IMG/VR virus record: IMGVR_UViG_3300032167_000064
Span: 62,001-124,387 of that record
From: an uncultured virus (IMG/VR IMGVR_UViG_3300032167_000064)
Taxonomy: Duplodnaviria > Heunggongvirae > Uroviricota > Caudoviricetes
DNA: 62,387 nt
Reading direction: 5' to 3' (one strand)
The notes under the pieces are model-generated. The model worked only from the letters and a program-made list of their open reading frames with translations, did no database searches and was not told the DNA's origin. The position numbers and the translations under genes are program-made. This document shows, one piece after another, positions 58,556-62,387 of this stretch; positions within the stretch are counted from its first letter, which is position 1, and each line of letters begins with the position of its first letter.

Positions 58556-60544
58556 ATGGGAATGATACCTGAGTTAGAGTGTAGATATCCAGAAGGTTCA
58601 GATATTACAGTTATGAATACTTACTATCGTTATCCTGAATTTGAAGAAGGTAAAAAAGTTTGTGATGATCAAATATTTATCATCTATAAGGATAATAAAA
58701 CAAAAAAGAAAGACTTTCTGGTTATTACAAATCCTGATTATACTTTCTATAAGATTAAGGATGGAATTGAAGTTCCACCTTATAGTCAGCTCTTCATTGA
58801 AAGAGAAAAAGTTGAACCTATAACAGTTCCATTTCATAAATTGGAATTAAACTTAGCAAAGGCTACAGGAATGGAAGAGTTCTATAAACAGAACTTAATG
58901 AATAGAAATAAAAGGGCTAATCAGGCTCTTCACAGTGACCCATCATTATTCTATTCAGATGCAAATATTGAAGATCATTATAGATTTAAGTTTGCTAATA
59001 CATATAGCAACGAAATTTATAAGATTACTAAGGGATTCTTCGATATAGAAGTAGATGGTAAATGGGCAAAAGGTGATTTTGTTGAAATGGGAGAATGTGC
59101 TATCAATTGTGTATCTTATTATGATGAAGGTACAGATACAGTATATACTTTTGTTTTAAGAGACGAAAGAAATCCTCAAATTCAACAACTTGAAGATTCA
59201 TTTAAATCAGGTAAATTTGGTTGGAATGAAATTCATAAATTTGTAGTTGATGCGGTTGGTGGTATAAAAGCTGCTACAAAATATGGACTTATGAAGACTA
59301 AATTTTGTCCAATGTTTTATGATAGTGAAATTCAACTCATTGCAGATTTGTTTGAAACGATGCATAGAACATGTCCGGACTTTATTGAGGGTTGGAACTC
59401 CAGTGGATTCGACTTGGAATATATTATAGCCAGAGTAATAGCTCTTGGATATAATCCTGAAGATATATTATGTGATCAGAGATGGAAAGATAAGGTCGTT
59501 AAGAATTTCGTTGATCATCAACATCAAAACGAATTGGCAGAACGTGGTGATTATACTTTTATTTCCGGATTACCTGTATTTCTTGATCAGATGATTCAAT
59601 ATGCTTCAAGAAGAAAATCTAAGATTGGTTCATATAAATCATTCAAATTAGATGATATTGGTTTGAAAGAAGCTAATGTAAGAAAGTTGGATTATCATCA
59701 TATAACTGATTCTGTTACAGAATTACCTTGGTTAGATTTCAAGACATTCTTTTTATATAACATCATGGATGTTATTGTTCAGAAATGTATTGAAGCTCAA
59801 ACTAATGACTTAGAATATATCTTCTCTAAGTGTGTAGTTAATAATACAGTATATAAGAAAGGTCATAGACAGACAGTATATCTTATCAATCGTATGGCTG
59901 CTGACTGGTATAAGATGGGTTATATTATTGGTAATAACTGTAACAAAGAGAACCCTAAACCTCCAAAATATCTTGGAGCATTGGTAGGTGATCCTACAAA
60001 GACCAATGAATATTCAAAGATGATAATCGATGGTAGAGCAATTTGGGTATGTGAGAATTTGCTTGATTACGATTTTAAATCATTATATCCAAGCCTTATG
60101 GGTGAATATAATATTGCACCTAATACTCAGATTGGTAAGATTATCATTGATGAGAAGGTATATAAAGATGAAAACTATTATCATATCGAGGAAGAGAAAT
60201 ATTCTCGTGGAGGCGAGTTTATAGAAAATCTTGTTACTGATAATATGATTGAATTCTGTACAAGATGGTTCCATCTTGGAAATATTCAAGAAGTATTGTT
60301 TGATATGGACGAATATTATGAGAAAAAGTTTGGTCTTGGAAGATATAGTAATCTTATCTCAGCAGGATTTGGTAATATAGATTCAGATAAACCATTTGCT
60401 TATAGTCCTATTATTCCTACATCTTATAAGCCAGAATCTCCAATTGAATTTAATGCTCCTAAAGCTGAAAGTCCAATTATATTCCTTAATCAGAGACCGG
60501 ATAATATGACTTATGAAAAATTACTTGAAAGTAAGAAAGGTTGA
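58556..60544 (+). CDS. Family B DNA polymerase, N-terminal subunit (3'-5' exonuclease plus motif A) of a split enzyme
   Basis: FFDIEVD (ExoI), GWNSSGFDLEYI (ExoII), YNIMDV (ExoIII), DYDFKSLYPS (motif A); motifs B (K...NS.YG) and C (DTDS) are absent before the stop. Confidence 0.85.
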   Translation: MGMIPELECRYPEGSDITVMNTYYRYPEFEEGKKVCDDQIFIIYKDNKTKKKDFLVITNPDYTFYKIKDGIEVPPYSQLFIEREKVEPITVPFHKLELNLAKATGMEEFYKQNLMNRNKRANQALHSDPSLFYSDANIEDHYRFKFANTYSNEIYKITKGFFDIEVDGKWAKGDFVEMGECAINCVSYYDEGTDTVYTFVLRDERNPQIQQLEDSFKSGKFGWNEIHKFVVDAVGGIKAATKYGLMKTKFCPMFYDSEIQLIADLFETMHRTCPDFIEGWNSSGFDLEYIIARVIALGYNPEDILCDQRWKDKVVKNFVDHQHQNELAERGDYTFISGLPVFLDQMIQYASRRKSKIGSYKSFKLDDIGLKEANVRKLDYHHITDSVTELPWLDFKTFFLYNIMDVIVQKCIEAQTNDLEYIFSKCVVNNTVYKKGHRQTVYLINRMAADWYKMGYIIGNNCNKENPKPPKYLGALVGDPTKTNEYSKMIIDGRAIWVCENLLDYDFKSLYPSLMGEYNIAPNTQIGKIIIDEKVYKDENYYHIEEEKYSRGGEFIENLVTDNMIEFCTRWFHLGNIQEVLFDMDEYYEKKFGLGRYSNLISAGFGNIDSDKPFAYSPIIPTSYKPESPIEFNAPKAESPIIFLNQRPDNMTYEKLLESKKG

Positions 60545-60551
60545 TTAAATT

Positions 60552-61184
60552 ATGTTTGTAATTGATCCTAGATTGGACCAGGTACAAAAAATTGTAGAAA
60601 GTTTGGTTACTAAGAGTTTGTTGCCTAATACAAACTGCTTGGTAACCAGCGATAATACTCTTGTACTATTAGTCGATGAAACTTTATTATATATAATTCA
60701 TTTGAGAGATGAACTTTGTTATCCATCATTGGGATTTTCTTATTCCAAGTTTATGTACGAGGTATCGAGTAGATCTATTACAGATTTTAATATATCTTCA
60801 TTAGATATATACGATACTTTAATAACAACAAAACTTCTTAATTATTATGCTTCCTATTATGGTTATATATTTGAGGAAGCTGTACCTGTAGCTGTAAATA
60901 ATGATTTAAAAACAGACGAATCATTTTCTGATTATCTCAATATTAAATCAGATGATGGTATGAAATACTACAGACTTCCTGCATTACAACCTGGAAAACA
61001 ATATATGATTCCTATATTTACAGGATTTCCTAATATCACTTCACAAGATAAGTTAGGAATATATGTCTATGATATAGGTAATAGTTTTCTAATTGGAAGA
61101 TTTAAAATCTTTAAGAAGAAAATCAATAGAGATATCAATATATTCTTCAGAATGCTTGATATAACTGGAGGTATACTAAGATGA
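60552..61184 (+). CDS. Hypothetical protein
   Basis: 210-aa ORF directly after the polymerase gene. Confidence 0.65.
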   Translation: MFVIDPRLDQVQKIVESLVTKSLLPNTNCLVTSDNTLVLLVDETLLYIIHLRDELCYPSLGFSYSKFMYEVSSRSITDFNISSLDIYDTLITTKLLNYYASYYGYIFEEAVPVAVNNDLKTDESFSDYLNIKSDDGMKYYRLPALQPGKQYMIPIFTGFPNITSQDKLGIYVYDIGNSFLIGRFKIFKKKINRDINIFFRMLDITGGILR

Positions 61185-61870
61185 TGAAAAGAGATATAAT
61201 AGAAGAAATTATTGCTCAAAGCAACTTCAAACCTGATAATATTGATCAAGTTAAAGCTTTTACTAACTCATATATTGAGCATCTTGTCAATGTACTCAAA
61301 TTAGAAGATAAAGATTATATCATATATATTAGTGGTCCTGTCACTAATATTGAAGATTATGAGAAAAGATTCAATGGTATTGAATTTATTACTTACCAGG
61401 CATTCTCGGCATATAATATCTATGTAATAAATCCTGTACAAGTGTTAAATTTGATAGATAAACATTTTGAGTTCACCTATATCGACAAAGTGTTTATATG
61501 TTATGCTTTATTATCAATTGCTAATGTAATGATTTATGATAATAGAGATAATAAGTGGGAAAAGAGTATGGGCACATTTACTGAAATTTCTTTTGCAATG
61601 GGTAAAGGTATTGAAGTTATTGACTATATGTATGTCAAAAACACTCTTAATGCTAGAAATCTTATTATTACAGATACACCTATTTTGCTTCTTAAACAGT
61701 CATTAAAATCTCCGAAAGAATTAATGGAAGATACCGCAGCTAGAGAAGCATTAGGTGCTGTTAAATCGGATGATGAAGAGGTTGTAGAAAAAGAACCTGA
61801 AAAAAGAGACTTTGTAGAGATTGTAAGAGATATGGCTGAAATTAATAAGATGAACAGAGAATCAAAATAA
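61181..61870 (+). CDS. DUF4406 / nucleoside deoxyribosyltransferase-like protein
   Basis: IYISGPVT.IEDY..RF...INP...WEKSMG...E...A...GIEVI pattern. Confidence 0.7.
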   Translation: MMKRDIIEEIIAQSNFKPDNIDQVKAFTNSYIEHLVNVLKLEDKDYIIYISGPVTNIEDYEKRFNGIEFITYQAFSAYNIYVINPVQVLNLIDKHFEFTYIDKVFICYALLSIANVMIYDNRDNKWEKSMGTFTEISFAMGKGIEVIDYMYVKNTLNARNLIITDTPILLLKQSLKSPKELMEDTAAREALGAVKSDDEEVVEKEPEKRDFVEIVRDMAEINKMNRESK

Positions 61871-61927
61871 TCTGTTGTGAAAGAACTTATTAAAGAAACA
61901 GATAAAAAGATTGGAGGAATGTAAATC

Positions 61928-62387
61928 ATGAAACAAAATGATGATGTTTTGCTCCATCGGAGAATAACAAAGCATAGTAATTTAATGATTCCTTTTTCGG
62001 ATCATGTTACAGCTTTCAAATTTCCGAGTCAAAATGAGCAGTTAATTAATACAACCGTTACACTAAAGTATAGAGATAGATATATAGCAGACAAAGAAGC
62101 TTATTCTATTTCTAATTCAAAAAGACCAAAAGATGATACTCTTTGTATGCCTCCTGGAAATATGAAAGAAGATATAGGTGATATTATCTTTACAGGAGAA
62201 TTTAGAATACTTAGAGCTGATAGATCTGCTCCATTTATCTTTATAGGTATATCAACCAATTATAAATATATTGTAACTGGTAAAACTGATGAAAATGGTA
62301 TTCTTGAAAATATTTATCCTGTAGCAATGTTTCAAATGTCAGAGTATGTTGGGTTATGTGTAACTAATATGTATTTTGGTAAGCTTG
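61928..62387 (+). CDS. Hypothetical protein, runs off the window end
   Basis: ATG at 61928 after GGAGG; open frame MKQNDDVLLHRRITKHSNLMIPFSDH... to the end of the window. Confidence 0.6.
   Translation, partial: MKQNDDVLLHRRITKHSNLMIPFSDHVTAFKFPSQNEQLINTTVTLKYRDRYIADKEAYSISNSKRPKDDTLCMPPGNMKEDIGDIIFTGEFRILRADRSAPFIFIGISTNYKYIVTGKTDENGILENIYPVAMFQMSEYVGLCVTNMYFGKL

Noticed and set aside
22358..60544. Group I introns or inteins in RNAP, helicase or polymerase genes, as known in AR9
   Set aside because: The ORFs are continuous, with no intein terminal motifs or unexplained internal gaps noticed.
8027..62387. Numerous 60-145 aa antisense or nested ORFs in the track
   Set aside because: They overlap longer motif-bearing genes, lack RBSs and have shadow-frame composition.
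1..62387. Stop-codon reassignment (alternative genetic code)
   Set aside because: Conserved enzymes are full length under the standard code, and TAA, TAG and TGA all terminate genes.

Overview
AT-rich segment of a jumbo phage genome of the phiKZ/AR9(PBS1)-like type. The host is most likely a low-GC Firmicute (inferred from strong AGGAGG RBSs and the tail-fibre motifs). The core region (about 15-62 kb) encodes split multisubunit RNA polymerase subunits (three non-virion-type pieces plus one virion-type beta C-terminal piece), the N-terminal half of a split family-B DNA polymerase, DnaB-, SF2- and RecD-like helicases, SbcC/SbcD, a RecA-like recombinase, an NAD-dependent ligase, type IIA topoisomerase A and B subunits, several probable virion genes and many hypotheticals. 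Two recurring phage promoter motifs and many hairpin terminators punctuate it. Two things stand out. (1) At 518-4761, five start-less tail-fibre C-terminal cassettes lie on both strands, each beginning in frame at an identical 11-bp site TAATGATTTAG (N-D-L). This looks like a shufflon-type receptor-binding-protein switching array, but its constant gene and recombinase are not in the window. (2) A short linear peptide motif [CSTNKER]-P-I-x-F (often ICPIEF/SPIEF) is appended, usually in 2-3 copies, to the tails or an insertion of otherwise unrelated DNA polymerase, helicases, ligase and all three non-virion RNAP subunits, suggesting a shared docking or targeting signal. Also present: tRNA-Asn, an adjacent atypical tRNA-like RNA, long intergenic RNA hairpins and a degenerate terminase-like paralogue. 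All product calls come from motif recognition by eye; no database searches were run.
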